Below the pieces are notes generated by a model, which saw only the letters and a program-made list of their open reading frames with translations, did no database searches and was not told the DNA's origin. 64,000 nucleotides of DNA from Acidobacteriota bacterium (GTDB lineage Bacteria; Acidobacteriota; JAAYUB01). The stretch is from positions 1,856,637 through 1,920,636 of the forward strand of contig JAXGLX010000002.1 of assembly GCA_040768985.1 (NCBI GenBank), written 5' to 3'. The translations under genes and the position numbers were made by a program. This document shows, one piece after another, positions 18,066 through 29,833 of the stretch. Every line of letters starts with the position of its first letter. The first letter of the stretch is position 1.

Positions 18066-18455
18066 TTCACCACCAAGGCACGAAGGGCACAAAGAGATCA
18101 TCACCATTTGTCACTGATCATTTTTCATTGATCAATTGTCATTGGTAATTTTGGATGGTGAATCGGGAGACGTGAGACGGGAGATGTCAGACGGGAAGCA
18201 TCAGACAAACGGGAGGAATCGAACCGCGAAACCCGAACCGCGAGCCCCGATATCCGACGTCCAAAGTCCGATGTCCGGCCAGATCCCGGGTCCCAAATCC
18301 CAGATCCCATCCACAGCATGAACGAACTCTTTTCCAGATAGCCATTAAAATATAAGCAATCAACAATAACCAATAATCCGAAATGCCCAATGAAAAATGT
18401 CAGATGATCAATGACAAATGCATCTCTCTGTGCTCTTCGTGCCTTAGTGGTGAGA
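18066..18455. repeat. Nested modular repeat array
   Basis: Inverted pair CACCAAGGCACGAAGGGCACAAAG / CTCTGTGCTCTTCGTGCCTTAGTGGTG encloses inverted TCATTG-type blocks and further blocks. Confidence 0.8.
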
Positions 18456-18464
18456 AGACCAAAT

Positions 18465-18872
18465 TCACTCGCTTGATTTGCGCGTGCGGCCCAGTTCCAT
18501 GGCCCGGACCACGACGAAGGCGATGAGCGCGAAGATGAAAAACACGAGCAGCATCCAGGCCACGCCCTGCATGGCGCCGATCACGGTGCGGTAAACCTCC
18601 AGCACCCAGCGGTCGGTGGTGAGCGCCAGGATCTGCGCATCCTTGCCCGTGCCCATGGGCGAGATGTATTTTTCCAGTTCCCAGATCCGAACGCCGCTGG
18701 AGATGCCGATCACCAGGATGGCGAAATCGAGGTAGCGCTTCCAGGCCACGCTGATCTCGTCGGCCATGATCCGCTGGAGGATGCTGCCGATGGGGCGCTT
18801 GAACACCACCACGAGAACCCCTGAGACCACCAGTGAGATCACAAACGTCACTGCGAGCAGGGTGAGAAACAT
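18465..18872 (-). CDS. Conserved hypothetical membrane protein (3 TM)
   Basis: Hydrophobic segments, GGAGG RBS, typical codon usage. Confidence 0.8.
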   Translation of the reverse strand: MFLTLLAVTFVISLVVSGVLVVVFKRPIGSILQRIMADEISVAWKRYLDFAILVIGISSGVRIWELEKYISPMGTGKDAQILALTTDRWVLEVYRTVIGAMQGVAWMLLVFFIFALIAFVVVRAMELGRTRKSSE

Positions 18873-19064
18873 GGGACACCTCCCGGAATCGTCGTTCCGC
18901 CGCCGGACACCCGCGACGGGCTGTCGGCATCGGTCACGCGGGTAATTTCAAATTCGGTGCCAGGACGGGAGTTTCACCCAAATCCCCATAAAACAAGGCA
19001 ATGAACGCGGCATCCGTACGGGTGCGGTGTCCGAACGCGTCGATAAGATCACATTAAATGAACG

Positions 19065-19076
19065 TTTGTATACAAA
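19065..19076. promoter_or_regulatory. Possible GntR-type operator
   Basis: Perfect palindrome TTTGTATACAAA in an AT-rich patch upstream of 18465-18872. Confidence 0.35.
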
Positions 19077-19129
19077 ATATGTATATTAAATCCCCGCCCT
19101 GTGCGGCGCTTGTCATAGATGCCGGGATT

Positions 19130-19498
19130 TCATTCGCGCGGGTCTGTGACGCTCTCGTCGTCTCCATCCCGCCGCCGGCATTCGGGCGCGTCTTCGCCGA
19201 AGCGCGTCCCGGGCGCCGGTGGAACCCCCGTGCGGAGCGCCGCCCGGGCCAGCAGGTAGGCAGCGACGGGGTTGGAGAGCAGCAGAAAGACGATCACCGC
19301 TGCGGCCTTCAGCGCCACTTCCGCCGTTCCGAAATGCATGGCGACGCCGAGCAGGATGAGGCCGAGTCCGAGCGAAGCGGCCTTTGAGACGGCATGCATC
19401 CGGTTGTACAGGTCGGGCAGCCGGACCAATCCCAGCGCCGCCAGGAACAGGAAGGCGGCCCCCGCCGCCAGCAGCGCCGCGGCCGTCAGCCCGATCAT
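19130..19498 (-). CDS. mrpG: Mrp Na+/H+ antiporter subunit G
   Basis: RLPDLYNRMHAVSK; operon position. Confidence 0.92.
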   Translation of the reverse strand: MIGLTAAALLAAGAAFLFLAALGLVRLPDLYNRMHAVSKAASLGLGLILLGVAMHFGTAEVALKAAAVIVFLLLSNPVAAYLLARAALRTGVPPAPGTRFGEDAPECRRRDGDDESVTDPRE

Positions 19499-19767
19499 GG
19501 CCGCCCCCCATGCTCCACGTAGCGGGCCGCGGCGACGGTGCCCAGGAACACGAACAGGGCGAGCACCAGCAGGACGTCCAGCAGCACGTCCTCGCCTGAG
19601 GTCACGGCGAACACCCCCGCCAGTCCCGCCACGATCAGCCCGATCAGGTCCAAGGCCACCGCCCGGTCCGGCAGCGACGGCCCACGCAGCAGGCGGAACA
19701 GCGCCAGGATCAGGGACCCCGCCAGGAGGGCCAGGGCCGCCGACACGAGTGCCGCCGCCGGGCTCAT
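19495..19767 (-). CDS. mrpF: Mrp antiporter subunit F
   Basis: RGPSLPDRAVALD. Confidence 0.9.
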   Translation of the reverse strand: MSPAAALVSAALALLAGSLILALFRLLRGPSLPDRAVALDLIGLIVAGLAGVFAVTSGEDVLLDVLLVLALFVFLGTVAAARYVEHGGRP

Positions 19768-20099
19768 CGCAGCACCTCCAGCACCCGTCGCTCCAGGTTC
19801 CGCCGGATGGAGCGGGCCAGCGCGTCCGCGTCCGCCGCGTACATGGTGTGCACGCACAGCTGCCGGTTGTCGGGCGACAGCTGGACGCTGAACGTGCCCG
19901 GCGTGAACGAGATGAGGTTGGTCACCAGCAGGATCTCCAGGTCGGTCCGCGCCTCCAGGGGCACCATGATGAAACCGGGCGATATCCGCGGCCGCGGCCG
20001 CACGATGTCCGCCGCCACCCGCAGGCTGGACGCGACCACCTCCCAGAGATAGAATCCGATGAATACCGCCGCGAACCAGAGTTTGCGCACCCACCGCAT
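19764..20099 (-). CDS. mrpE: Mrp antiporter subunit E
   Basis: NLISFTPGT; LCVHTM. Confidence 0.9.
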   Translation of the reverse strand: MRWVRKLWFAAVFIGFYLWEVVASSLRVAADIVRPRPRISPGFIMVPLEARTDLEILLVTNLISFTPGTFSVQLSPDNRQLCVHTMYAADADALARSIRRNLERRVLEVLR

Positions 20100-20103
20100 C
20101 GGC

Positions 20104-21594
20104 TCACTCTCCCAGCACGGCCCGGATGTACCCCGCACGGTCCATGAGCTGGTCGCCGGCCCGTTGGGCCAGCTCCAGCAGCGGCTCGGGATACAGGCCG
20201 ACGGCCACCGTGATTGCCGTCAACACCAGCACCGGCACCCACACCGGCGCCCCCAGCGGCCGGACGGCCGGCCCTGCGCCGGCGGCCGCCCCGTCCGGCG
20301 ATTCCTTCCAGAAGGCCTCGAGCCAGATCTTGACCATGGAGAAGAGGGTCAGCAGGCCCACGCCCAGCGCCACGGCTCCGGCCAGCCAGTGGCCGGCCAG
20401 AAAGCAGGCCCGGATCACCACGAACTTGGCGACGAACCCCGACAGCGGCGGCAACCCCGCCAGCGACAGGGCCGACACCAGGAACAGCCCCGACAGGCCG
20501 GGATGCTCCCGCCACAGTCCGCCGAGGCGGGCCAGTTCCTCGGTGCCCCGCAGTCGCTTCACCGCGCCGACCACTAGGAACAGGTTGGTCTTGACCACCA
20601 TGTTGTGCACCATGTAGACCATGACGGCCGCCAGGGCGGCCGGCGTCCACACGCCCAGCCCCAACGTCATGTACCCGATCTGGCTGACGATGTGCACCGC
20701 CAGGATCCGCCGCAGGCCGCCTTGGGCGGCCGCTCCCAGCACGCCCGTGATCATGGTGGCCACCGACAGCACCAGGATGAGCGCGTGGGTTCGGCCCACG
20801 TCCTGGACGAACACCAGGGTGAAGAGCCGGATCAGGGCGTAGACGCCTACCTTGGTGAGCACGCCGGCGAACAGGGCCGAGACCGCCACCGGCGGGGTGG
20901 GATAGGCCGCCGGCAGCCAGTTGAAAAACGGAAAGAGGGCCGCCTTGATCCCGAACGCCGCCAGCAGCAGCGACGCCGACGTCAGCACGACGCCGGTCGC
21001 CGGGTCAGCCGGGATCTTCCGGGCCAGGTCGGCCAGGTTCAGCGTGCCCGTTTTGCCGTACAGCAGTCCGCAGGCCGTCAGGAACATGGCCGAGGCCAGA
21101 AAGTTGATGGCCACGTACTTCACCGCGCCCGCCAGCTGGGCCGGCCGCCGCCCCACCGTCAGCAGGACGAAGGAGGCGATGAGCAGCACCTCAAACCACA
21201 CGTACAGGTTGAACAAGTCGCCCGCCAGGAAGGCGCCCCCGGCGCCCATGAGCAGGACCTGCGCCAGGGGCGGAAAGACAGCGTCCGCCATCAGGTCGTC
21301 CGTGCCCAGCGCGTAGACGCCCACCAGCAGGCCGAGCAGGCCCGTCACCGCGACCATGATGGCCGCGAACAGGTCAGCCACCAGGGCGATGCCGTACGGC
21401 GCCGGCCAGCCGCCCACCGCCAGGACCAGGTGCCCGCCGCCGGCGCAGGCCGCCACCAGCACCAGGCCCGAGCCGCAATGGGCGGCCGCCCCCGCCAGCG
21501 CCAGGATGCCGCGCCACCGCCGGCCGCGGACCAGCACGAGCAGGGCCGCCGCGGCCAGGGGTATGAGGATCGGCGCCGCCAGCCACCCGCTCAC
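20104..21594 (-). CDS. mrpD: Mrp antiporter subunit D
   Basis: GDLFNLYVWFEV, KAALFPFFNWLP, LTKVGVY; GTG start overlapping mrpC stop. Confidence 0.92.
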   Translation of the reverse strand: MSGWLAAPILIPLAAAALLVLVRGRRWRGILALAGAAAHCGSGLVLVAACAGGGHLVLAVGGWPAPYGIALVADLFAAIMVAVTGLLGLLVGVYALGTDDLMADAVFPPLAQVLLMGAGGAFLAGDLFNLYVWFEVLLIASFVLLTVGRRPAQLAGAVKYVAINFLASAMFLTACGLLYGKTGTLNLADLARKIPADPATGVVLTSASLLLAAFGIKAALFPFFNWLPAAYPTPPVAVSALFAGVLTKVGVYALIRLFTLVFVQDVGRTHALILVLSVATMITGVLGAAAQGGLRRILAVHIVSQIGYMTLGLGVWTPAALAAVMVYMVHNMVVKTNLFLVVGAVKRLRGTEELARLGGLWREHPGLSGLFLVSALSLAGLPPLSGFVAKFVVIRACFLAGHWLAGAVALGVGLLTLFSMVKIWLEAFWKESPDGAAAGAGPAVRPLGAPVWVPVLVLTAITVAVGLYPEPLLELAQRAGDQLMDRAGYIRAVLGE

Positions 21595-21938
21595 GGTCCC
21601 TCCTCCTCGAGCCGGTCGAGGTCCTCCACGCCGGTGGCGTGGTGCATCCGCCAGAGCAGAACCAGGGCGAAGGCGGTGATGCCGAACCCGATGACGATGG
21701 CCGTCAGGACCAGCGCCTGGGGCAGCGGATCCGGATGGGGCGGCGCCAGGGCGGCGGCGCCCTCGGCCACGATGGGCACGCCCCGGGCCGACAGGCCGGC
21801 CGCGGTGAAGATCAGCAGGTTGATGGCGTTGCCCAGCAGGGCGATGCCCAGCACCAGCCGCACCGGGCTCCGGCGGAGGAGCAGGTAGACGGCCACGCCC
21901 GTCAACGCCCCGATGATCACGGCCATCACCAGTTCCAT
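21591..21938 (-). CDS. mrpC: Mrp antiporter subunit C
   Basis: DPLPQALVLTAIVIGF. Confidence 0.93.
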   Translation of the reverse strand: MELVMAVIIGALTGVAVYLLLRRSPVRLVLGIALLGNAINLLIFTAAGLSARGVPIVAEGAAALAPPHPDPLPQALVLTAIVIGFGITAFALVLLWRMHHATGVEDLDRLEEEGP

Positions 21939-21941
21939 CGC

Positions 21942-22346
21942 TCACTCCTCCATCAGGGCGAACACGATGCTCACGCCCACGCCCAGCACCACCAGGAACA
22001 CGCCCGCATCGAAGATCAGCGGCGTACCCAGGCGGACCCCGCCGGCCCACTCGCCGCTCCACAGCCCGCTCAGGTACGGGCGCCCCAGGACGAGCGCCGG
22101 CAACCCGCTCCCCAGCGCCAGGAGCAGCCCGACTCCCGTCAGCGTGCCGGGGGCGACGCGCAGCCAGCGTTGCGCCGCGGCGACGCCCTCGGCCAGAGCC
22201 AGCAGGGTGAAGGCCCCCGCGGCCACGAGTCCGGCGATGAAACCGCCGCCGGGATCGTTGTGGCCGCGCACCAGCAATCCCAGCGCCCCCGCCAGTTGCA
22301 GGGGCACCAGGATGCGCGCCGCGCCCCGCAGGATCACCGAATTCAT
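21942..22346 (-). CDS. mrpB: Mrp antiporter subunit B
   Basis: [14 protein letters not shown]; FDAGVFL. Confidence 0.92.
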   Translation of the reverse strand: MNSVILRGAARILVPLQLAGALGLLVRGHNDPGGGFIAGLVAAGAFTLLALAEGVAAAQRWLRVAPGTLTGVGLLLALGSGLPALVLGRPYLSGLWSGEWAGGVRLGTPLIFDAGVFLVVLGVGVSIVFALMEE

Positions 22347-24661
22347 GGCGGTCCCTCCTGCGGCGGCCGGCGGCGCTGCAGCAGGTACACCGCCCCGAGG
22401 GCCGCGACCGCCAGCACGGTGATCTCGCCCAGGGTGTCCAGGGCGCGGAAATCCACCAGGATCACGTTCACCACGTTCCGGCCGAACGCGAGGGGCACGC
22501 TGGACCGGGCGTAGAATTCGGAAATAGCGGGCCCCAGCTGGACCTGGAGGGCCTGCCACACCAGGCCGGTCATGGTGATGCCCACGGCCGCGGCGATGCA
22601 CCCGTCGCGCAACCGCTGGCGGCTCGCCGAGAACTCCCGCAACCGCGGCAACCGCCGCAGCACCAGCACGAACAGGATCATGGTCAGCGTCTCCACGAGC
22701 AGTTGGGTGATGGCCAGGTCCGGCGCCCCGTACACCATGTAGAGCAAACTCACGCCGAAGCCGACGCCGCCCAGCGCCAACACCGCCCCCAGGCGCGAGG
22801 CGGCGCGCACCGCCGCCAGGGCCGCCGCCACCACCAGCATGCCCACCACCACCGCCACCGGCGACACGGGGGCGAGCCGGTCCGGACGCGTCCACTGGAT
22901 GTAGCCCCAGGCGCCCCAGGCGGTCGCGGCCACGGCGCCGGCGAGAACGGTGAAGATGTAGCCCCGCAACCGGCCGTGCTGCAGGATCCGGGTCTGGTCC
23001 TTGGCCAGGTCCATCAGCCCCTCCAGCAACTGGCCGTAGATCCGGCTGGGCGTGAACGGCACCGTCAGGGCCAGTCGCTCGCCCAGCCGGCGGACGCGCT
23101 TCCGCATCGCGAACAGGCCGGCACCTACGGCCATCGTGGCCAGGCTCAGCAGCAGCACGGCATTGACGCCGTGCCACAACTTGAGTTCGATTTGCGTCGC
23201 CTGCGCGTGAACGGCGGCCGCGGCCGGCGCGATGACCGGACCGGCCAGCATGCCGGGCATCAGTCCAAACACCAGGCCCAGGACCGCCAACAGGACCGGC
23301 CCGGTCAGAAGCGCCGGCGGGGCTTCGTGCACGGGTGCCCGTGGACGCTTCGGCCGGCCCAGGAACGGCCGGATCCCTACCGTCAGGGCCACCGCAACGT
23401 TGAGCGCGTTGGCCAGCACGCCGGCTCCGAGGATCAACCAGCCGACGCCGGGCGCCTGAAGTTTCGCCTCGTAGAGCAACTCCTTGCCGATATAGCCCAG
23501 CAGCGGCGGGAACCCCGACATCGACAGGGCGGCCAGGCCGGCGGCGACCGCGGTCACGGGCATGCACCGGAACAGACCACCCAGATCCTGGACATTGCGC
23601 GTGCCGGTCTCGTGGTCCACGGCTCCGGCCACCATGAACAGCGCCCCCTTGTACAGCGAGTGCACCAGCAGGATGACCAGAGCAGCTTCCACCGCCATTG
23701 TCGTGTCCAGCCCCAGCAGCAGGACCAGCAGGCCCAGCATGCTCACCGTGGAATAAGCCAGCAGGCGCTTGAGATCGGTCTGGCCCAGCGCCATGAGCGC
23801 GCCCAGCAGCATGGTGGTCACGCCCAGCAGGGTGAGCAGGTAGTGCCATTCCGCGGTGCCGCCCAGGACCGGCGCCAGCCGGGCGAGCAGAAACACACCG
23901 GCCTTGACCATGGTGGCCGAGTGCAGGTAGGCGCTTACCGGCGTGGGCGCCGCCATGGCGCCGGGCAGCCAGAAGTGGAACGGCGCCTGGGCCGACTTCG
24001 TCGCCGCGCCCAGTACCACCAGGATGAGGATCGCCCCGTAGTGGCCGTGCGACCGGATCGATGCCGCCGCGCCGGCGAGCTGGACTATCTCGAAGCTGCC
24101 CCCCGCCAGGCCCAGCAACAGCGAACCGGCCAGCAGCGCCAGTCCGCCGCCGCCGGTCACCAGCAACGCCTGCCGGGCGGCGCTCCGGGTCCCGGCGTCG
24201 GCGTGGTGGAACCCGATGAGCAGGAACGACGCGATGCTGGTGAGTTCCCAGAACACGAACAGCGAGATCAAATCCCCCGCCGTCGACACGCCCAGCATGG
24301 CGCCCATGAAGAGTAGTGTCTGCGCGTAGAAGCGGCCCAACCGCGCATCGCCTTTCAGGTACCCGCCGCCGTAAACCAGCACCAGTGCTCCGATGCCGGC
24401 CACCAGCAGGATCATCAGCAGGCTCAGGCCGTCCACGTACAGGCCCACCCGCAGGCCCAGCGTCGGGGCCCAGTCCCAGCCCGCCGCCTCTGCCGGACAG
24501 CCGGGCCGGACCAGCCGGCCGACGGCCGCCGCGACGACAAGCAGCGGCCAGGCCGCCAACAGCCAACCGGCGCGCGCGCCGGCGCGCCGGTACAGCCACG
24601 GCGCCACCGCTGCCGCCCCGAAAGTGCCCAAGATGAGCCAGGCGAACAACACCGGATGCAA
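22343..24661 (-). CDS. mrpA: Mrp antiporter subunit A
   Basis: [51 protein letters not shown]. Confidence 0.93.
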   Translation of the reverse strand: MHPVLFAWLILGTFGAAAVAPWLYRRAGARAGWLLAAWPLLVVAAAVGRLVRPGCPAEAAGWDWAPTLGLRVGLYVDGLSLLMILLVAGIGALVLVYGGGYLKGDARLGRFYAQTLLFMGAMLGVSTAGDLISLFVFWELTSIASFLLIGFHHADAGTRSAARQALLVTGGGGLALLAGSLLLGLAGGSFEIVQLAGAAASIRSHGHYGAILILVVLGAATKSAQAPFHFWLPGAMAAPTPVSAYLHSATMVKAGVFLLARLAPVLGGTAEWHYLLTLLGVTTMLLGALMALGQTDLKRLLAYSTVSMLGLLVLLLGLDTTMAVEAALVILLVHSLYKGALFMVAGAVDHETGTRNVQDLGGLFRCMPVTAVAAGLAALSMSGFPPLLGYIGKELLYEAKLQAPGVGWLILGAGVLANALNVAVALTVGIRPFLGRPKRPRAPVHEAPPALLTGPVLLAVLGLVFGLMPGMLAGPVIAPAAAAVHAQATQIELKLWHGVNAVLLLSLATMAVGAGLFAMRKRVRRLGERLALTVPFTPSRIYGQLLEGLMDLAKDQTRILQHGRLRGYIFTVLAGAVAATAWGAWGYIQWTRPDRLAPVSPVAVVVGMLVVAAALAAVRAASRLGAVLALGGVGFGVSLLYMVYGAPDLAITQLLVETLTMILFVLVLRRLPRLREFSASRQRLRDGCIAAAVGITMTGLVWQALQVQLGPAISEFYARSSVPLAFGRNVVNVILVDFRALDTLGEITVLAVAALGAVYLLQRRRPPQEGPP

Positions 24662-25029
24662 CCCGTGCAGTGATGGTATCGGCGGAAGACGGATGGTCGC
24701 CGGACCGGCCGCTCCCGCATTCCGCGCCGATGGCCGCGGGACCCGCGGCGCACGGAGCGGATTATATCATCAAAGTTCCGGCGCAGACACTGAGGGAGAG
24801 GTCAGGAGGGCGGGCGCGTGTCGCGGATGCGAACCGGGGGTCCGTCGCGGTGGGGGGCTCGATCCGCCGCCTGTGGAATGACCGCACCGTTCCGCCCGGT
24901 TGATCGTGCGCCCTGAGCCCAGCCATCGACGTGGACAGTCGCAGAAATTCTCGCTCTGCCATTTAACATGCAACAAAAGGGCCTGGCGTTACGTCATATC
25001 ACCGAACATAATCTTTCGGGGGAATACTC

Positions 25030-26001
25030 ATGCATCCATTCGTTCTGACCGTCCGCCGCACGGCGCTGGCTCTGCTGGCAGCCCTGCTCGTCCTGTCCAC
25101 CGGTTCGCTCCTGGCCGAGGATCCCAAGCCCGCACCGGACATCCCGGCGCTCGCCGCCAGGCACCAGGCGGCCATGGCCGCCGGCGACTGGGCGGCCGCC
25201 GCCAAGGCGGGCGAGGAACTCATCAACGCCGTCGCCCCGCTGCACTATGACACCGCCTACGCCGTCGCCGCCTGCTTCTGCCAGATGGGCCGGATCGAAC
25301 TCGCCTACCAGTGGCTCGAGGAGGCCAAAGGGGCCGGCTACTGGGACGTCTGGTCCATGCGCACGGACACGCGGTTCCAGTCCATCCTCCACGAGGAGCG
25401 GTTCAAGACCATCGCCCGCCAGATGCGCGCCCGCACTTACATTCAGATGCTGGAGCGCCCCGAGCGCGAAGCGTTCCAGAAACCCGACCAGGTCATGGCC
25501 GCGCTGGAGTTCAAGCCGGGGGAGCGGGTGGCCGACGTGGGCGCCGGTTCGGGCTACTTCACGGTCCGGGTGGCCGCGGCCGTGGGCGCCGGCGCCACCG
25601 TCTGGGCGGTGGACATCTCCGAGGAGATGCTCGCTTTCCTGGCCGACCGCATCAAGTGGGAACGCATTCCCAACGTGAAGCTCCACCGGTCGATCCCCAC
25701 CGATCCGCAGCTGCCACCCGCCGCCTTCGACACCATCCTGATGGTGGACACCCTCCATTACGTCAAGGACAAGGCCGCCTACGCCGCCAGACTCCGCGCC
25801 GGCCTCGCCCCGGGCGGGCGCGTGGTCATCATCGACTACACGCCCAAATCCATGGAGGAGCGGCCGTGGGGTCCGCCGCCCGAGCAGCAGTTCTCGCGGC
25901 AGGAACTGGACGCCGCGATGGCCGCCGCGGGCCTGGTGCCGGTCAAGGCGCACGAGTTCCTCACCGAGCAGTACTTCGTCGAGTACGCCGTGAAACCGTG
26001 A
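25030..26001 (+). CDS. Secreted class I SAM methyltransferase with N-terminal TPR-like region
   Basis: Signal peptide; VADVGAGSGYF; LAPGGRVVIID. Confidence 0.85.
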   Translation: MHPFVLTVRRTALALLAALLVLSTGSLLAEDPKPAPDIPALAARHQAAMAAGDWAAAAKAGEELINAVAPLHYDTAYAVAACFCQMGRIELAYQWLEEAKGAGYWDVWSMRTDTRFQSILHEERFKTIARQMRARTYIQMLERPEREAFQKPDQVMAALEFKPGERVADVGAGSGYFTVRVAAAVGAGATVWAVDISEEMLAFLADRIKWERIPNVKLHRSIPTDPQLPPAAFDTILMVDTLHYVKDKAAYAARLRAGLAPGGRVVIIDYTPKSMEERPWGPPPEQQFSRQELDAAMAAAGLVPVKAHEFLTEQYFVEYAVKP

Positions 26002-26165
26002 CGGCGGCCGGGAATGAGCGGGGTTGATCCGCCGCTCAACCGGCGCCCAAGCCGGCGGACAATTCACACAGATTATTCCGGCTTTTGAAGCCCTGGCGGC
26101 GCTTGTCATGACGCGCGCCGGCCCCCGGTACGATTCCCTTGACACCACCGGACCGGACGGCCACA

Positions 26166-29129
26166 ATGAACCTGATGACCGACCCCCGCGATCCGTCGAT
26201 ACCGGTGTCAGCCGGCTATTGTGTGGTGTGCGGCGAGCGCCTGCCCGGGCCGGATTCGGAGAGCTGCCCCGGCTGCGGCGCCGCTGTCCGTCACCCGCTG
26301 GTCGCCCTGCCTGAAACTGAGCTGAGCGATCCGTTCGGGTCCGTTTCCAGCCGTTCCGCCGCCTCCACCACCGCCGAACTCGGCCCCGACGGCTTTTCCC
26401 CGCACGTCATGCCCGAACACGTGGGCCCTTACGAGATCCAGGTGGAACTCGGGCGCGGCGGCATGGGCGTGGTGTACCGGGCGTGGCAGCCGTCGCTCAA
26501 GCGCACGGTGGCCTTGAAAGTGATGCTGGCGGGCGAGTTTGCCGGGGAGCGCTCCGTCCGGCGGTTCATCCGCGAGGCGGAGGCCGCCGCCCGGCTGCGC
26601 CATCCGCACATCGTGTCGATCCTGGACCTCGGGGAGCATGACGGCAAGCCGTTCTTCACCATGGCCTACATCGAGGGGCGGACGCTGGAGCAGGCGATCC
26701 GCGCCGGCTCCATCAGTCTGGCCGACGGCGTGGCCATCGTGGCCAAGGTGGCCGCGGCGGTGGCTCACGCCCACGCCAACGGCGTCATCCACCGGGACCT
26801 CAAGCCCGCCAACATCCTCCTCGACGGCGATGGCGAGCCCCACGTGACCGATTTCGGACTGGCCGCCCAGGCGCGGGAGGCCAGTTCCATCACCGGCACC
26901 GGCGCCGTGATGGGGACGCCCCTTTACATGGCGCCGGAGCAGGTCGCGGGCGCCCGCCACCTTGTGGACGAGCGCACCGACGTCTACAGCCTGGGTGCCA
27001 CGCTGTACCACGTGCTCACGGGCCGCGGCCCCTTTCCCGACGAGGCGGCCGCGCCGGTGCTGTTCTCGGTGCTCACCCGCGAGCCGGAGCCGCCGCGGGC
27101 GCTCCGCCCGGACATCTCCCGCGACCTCGAGCTCATCTGCCTCACCGCCATGGCCAAGGAGCGGGACCGCCGCTATGCTTCCATGACCGAATTCCACGAC
27201 GACCTGGAGCGATTCCAGCGCGGCGAAGCCATCCGGGCCCGGCCGGCGTCGCTCGTCTATCGGCTGGGCAAGCACCTGCGGCGCAACAAGACCGCGGCCG
27301 TCCTCGCCGCATCACTGGCGCTGGTGCTGGCCGCCGCCGGCGGCTGGACTTGGTTTCAGCAGGCCCGGACCTGGTTCGGCTGGGAGGAAGTGTTCCGCGA
27401 CGATTTCGACCGCGACGCCATCGGTCCGGACTACCGACCCAATGACGGGCATTGGGCCATCCGGGACGGTCAGTTGAGGGGTCACGGCATCGGTTACGTG
27501 GACATCAGTCTCGTCCGCCCGTTTCCCGGCAACCTGCGCCTGACCTTTGACGCCCGCATCATCCCGGGCAGCCCGAAGCGTGAGATCGCCGTCTTCCTGG
27601 ACGGCCAGCACCGGGACCGGTCCGGTTACTACTTCGGTTTCGGCGGCGACTACGCCACCACCACCATCGATCGCGACGAGAAGGAGGTGCGGCATGCGCG
27701 GTCCCCCGCCGTGGAGCCCGGGCAGGCCTACCACGTGACGGTCACCCGGCAGAACAACCGGCTGGAGATCGCCGTGGACGGTCGCCTGTTGGCCGGCTAC
27801 CTCGACCCGTTTCCGCTCGATCCCGCCGAGACCGACCGGCTCCGACTCGGGACCTACGACGGCGAGGTGACCATCGATAACCTGCGCATCTACCAGGAGA
27901 GCGTTCCGGAGATGCTCAGCGCCACCGCCGTCGGCGACCGGCTCTTCGACCACGGCCAGACCGCTGCCGCCCGGCGGGAATACGAGCTGGTGGCGCGCAA
28001 CCACGCCGGCAAGGCCATCGCCGGCGAGGCGCGTTTCAAGTCCGGGCTCTGCCTGCTGCTCCAAGGCGACTATGCCGCCGCCCGGACCGAATTCAGCCGG
28101 GTCGCCGCCGCCGGCGCCGATGAAACGTACCGCCGGCTGGCCGACCTCAACCTCGGCGTGGTCCTGCGGCTCGAGGGCCGGCATGAAGAGGCGTTCCGGC
28201 GGCTGCGCGACCTCGAGGGCCGGTGCGCCGATCCCGAAGAGCGGGAGCGCCTGGCCATCGAGCTGCAGCAGCTCAGTCACCAGGCATGGACGCACGGGGC
28301 GCCCGAGAGCGCCCTTCGCTACAACCGCTTCATCATCGACCGGTTCCCCGGAACCGAGATGGCCGAGCGGTCCGAACTGGCGCTGGCCGGGAGCGAATCA
28401 GACGAAACGGTCCGCCGCCGGGAGCTGGATCGTTTTTTAGCGCGCCATCCGCGACCCGGCAAAAACCAGAACAACGCGTACCAACTACTGGCCGGCAGTT
28501 GCCTGCTGCTGGGCGATCCGGCGGCCGCCCTGGCCGTTTTCGAACGGCAAATCGAAGCTTTTCGCGGCATCAACACACGGTTCGCGCTCGGCGCGCTGAT
28601 GGGGAAGGGCCTGGTGCTGGCCGGCCTCGGACGCGGGCGCGACGTCCAGTCAGTCCGGGAGGAGATGCTGGCGCTGCTTCCCGGCGATCCGCTACCTGTC
28701 CGCCAGGCGCGCGAATTGGATGTTTTCGCCGCCCGTCGGCAGGGGGACTCCGTCCGCGCCGTCCGCATTCTGGAGGCGGCGGCGGCCGACGGCTCCATCC
28801 ATCCGACCGAGGAAATGACGCTGGCGCTGTTGTACCGGGAGATGGGCGAAACGGACCGGGCGAACGCGCTGTGGCGCCGGGTCGCGGCCGGCCCACCCAG
28901 TGAAGAATCCAAGGCGGCCGTGCTCTTCCTGGGGGACCGTTCGCCCGACGCGTTCCAGGCGGACGAATCGATCATCTACCCCTACCGCTGTCTCTACCTG
29001 TGGCAGTATCACCGGATGCGGGGCGAGCGGGCCGACGCGCTCGCCCTGGAGTATGCCCGCCAGTCGGCGCCGTTCACTCCGGAGGTCTGCGAGGCCATCC
29101 TGGCGCTGCGACCGCCGGCCGGGCGGTGA
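26166..29129 (+). CDS. Hanks-type Ser/Thr protein kinase with TM helix, ConA-like domain and TPR repeats
   Basis: [31 protein letters not shown]; N-terminal CxxC..CxxC ribbon. Confidence 0.92.
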   Translation: MNLMTDPRDPSIPVSAGYCVVCGERLPGPDSESCPGCGAAVRHPLVALPETELSDPFGSVSSRSAASTTAELGPDGFSPHVMPEHVGPYEIQVELGRGGMGVVYRAWQPSLKRTVALKVMLAGEFAGERSVRRFIREAEAAARLRHPHIVSILDLGEHDGKPFFTMAYIEGRTLEQAIRAGSISLADGVAIVAKVAAAVAHAHANGVIHRDLKPANILLDGDGEPHVTDFGLAAQAREASSITGTGAVMGTPLYMAPEQVAGARHLVDERTDVYSLGATLYHVLTGRGPFPDEAAAPVLFSVLTREPEPPRALRPDISRDLELICLTAMAKERDRRYASMTEFHDDLERFQRGEAIRARPASLVYRLGKHLRRNKTAAVLAASLALVLAAAGGWTWFQQARTWFGWEEVFRDDFDRDAIGPDYRPNDGHWAIRDGQLRGHGIGYVDISLVRPFPGNLRLTFDARIIPGSPKREIAVFLDGQHRDRSGYYFGFGGDYATTTIDRDEKEVRHARSPAVEPGQAYHVTVTRQNNRLEIAVDGRLLAGYLDPFPLDPAETDRLRLGTYDGEVTIDNLRIYQESVPEMLSATAVGDRLFDHGQTAAARREYELVARNHAGKAIAGEARFKSGLCLLLQGDYAAARTEFSRVAAAGADETYRRLADLNLGVVLRLEGRHEEAFRRLRDLEGRCADPEERERLAIELQQLSHQAWTHGAPESALRYNRFIIDRFPGTEMAERSELALAGSESDETVRRRELDRFLARHPRPGKNQNNAYQLLAGSCLLLGDPAAALAVFERQIEAFRGINTRFALGALMGKGLVLAGLGRGRDVQSVREEMLALLPGDPLPVRQARELDVFAARRQGDSVRAVRILEAAAADGSIHPTEEMTLALLYREMGETDRANALWRRVAAGPPSEESKAAVLFLGDRSPDAFQADESIIYPYRCLYLWQYHRMRGERADALALEYARQSAPFTPEVCEAILALRPPAGR

Positions 29130-29833
29130 CCGTGGCTCCCGGCGATCCCGTCATGCGTCCGGCCAGTGACCACTCCCTGCTGGTGGCCTTCGGCGACACG
29201 ATCGCACCGGAGCACCACCTGGCCGTGGTGCGGCTGACGGCGCGGCTGCTTGAGGCGCCACCCTCCTGGCTGCGTGACGTGCATCCCGCCTACAGTTCGG
29301 TGTTGGTGTGGCACGATCCACTGCAGATCGACGCCGGGGCGGCCGCCGAAGCGCTCCGCCGCATCTGGGCCGAGGCGGCCGAGGCGCCGGACCCGCCGGA
29401 ACGGACCGTCGAAATCCCGGTCCTTTACGGCGGCGGCCACGGCCCCGACCTGGCCGACGTGGCGGCCCATTGCGGGCTGACCGAGGCCGAGGTGATCCGG
29501 CGCCACGCCGCCGGAGAATACCGGGTCTACTTCCTGGGCTTCTCGCCCGGTTTCCCTTACCTGGGCGGACTGGACGAGGCACTGGCCACGCCGCGGCTGC
29601 CCACTCCGCGACGGCGGGTGCCCGCCGGCAGCGTCGCCATCGGCGGGAAACAGACCGGCGTCTACCCGGTGGCGTCGCCGGGCGGCTGGCGAATCATCGG
29701 GCGCACGCCGCTGCGCCTGTTCGATCCGGCGCGGACGCCGCCCGCCTGGCTTGCCATGGGTGACCGGGTCCGGTTCACGCCGGTCGACGAGGCGGCGTCC
29801 GCCGCCGCGGCGGGCGGGGAGGCGGCGCCGTGA
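29126..29833 (+). CDS. pxpB: 5-oxoprolinase subunit B
   Basis: [27 protein letters not shown]. Confidence 0.92.
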   Translation: MTVAPGDPVMRPASDHSLLVAFGDTIAPEHHLAVVRLTARLLEAPPSWLRDVHPAYSSVLVWHDPLQIDAGAAAEALRRIWAEAAEAPDPPERTVEIPVLYGGGHGPDLADVAAHCGLTEAEVIRRHAAGEYRVYFLGFSPGFPYLGGLDEALATPRLPTPRRRVPAGSVAIGGKQTGVYPVASPGGWRIIGRTPLRLFDPARTPPAWLAMGDRVRFTPVDEAASAAAAGGEAAP

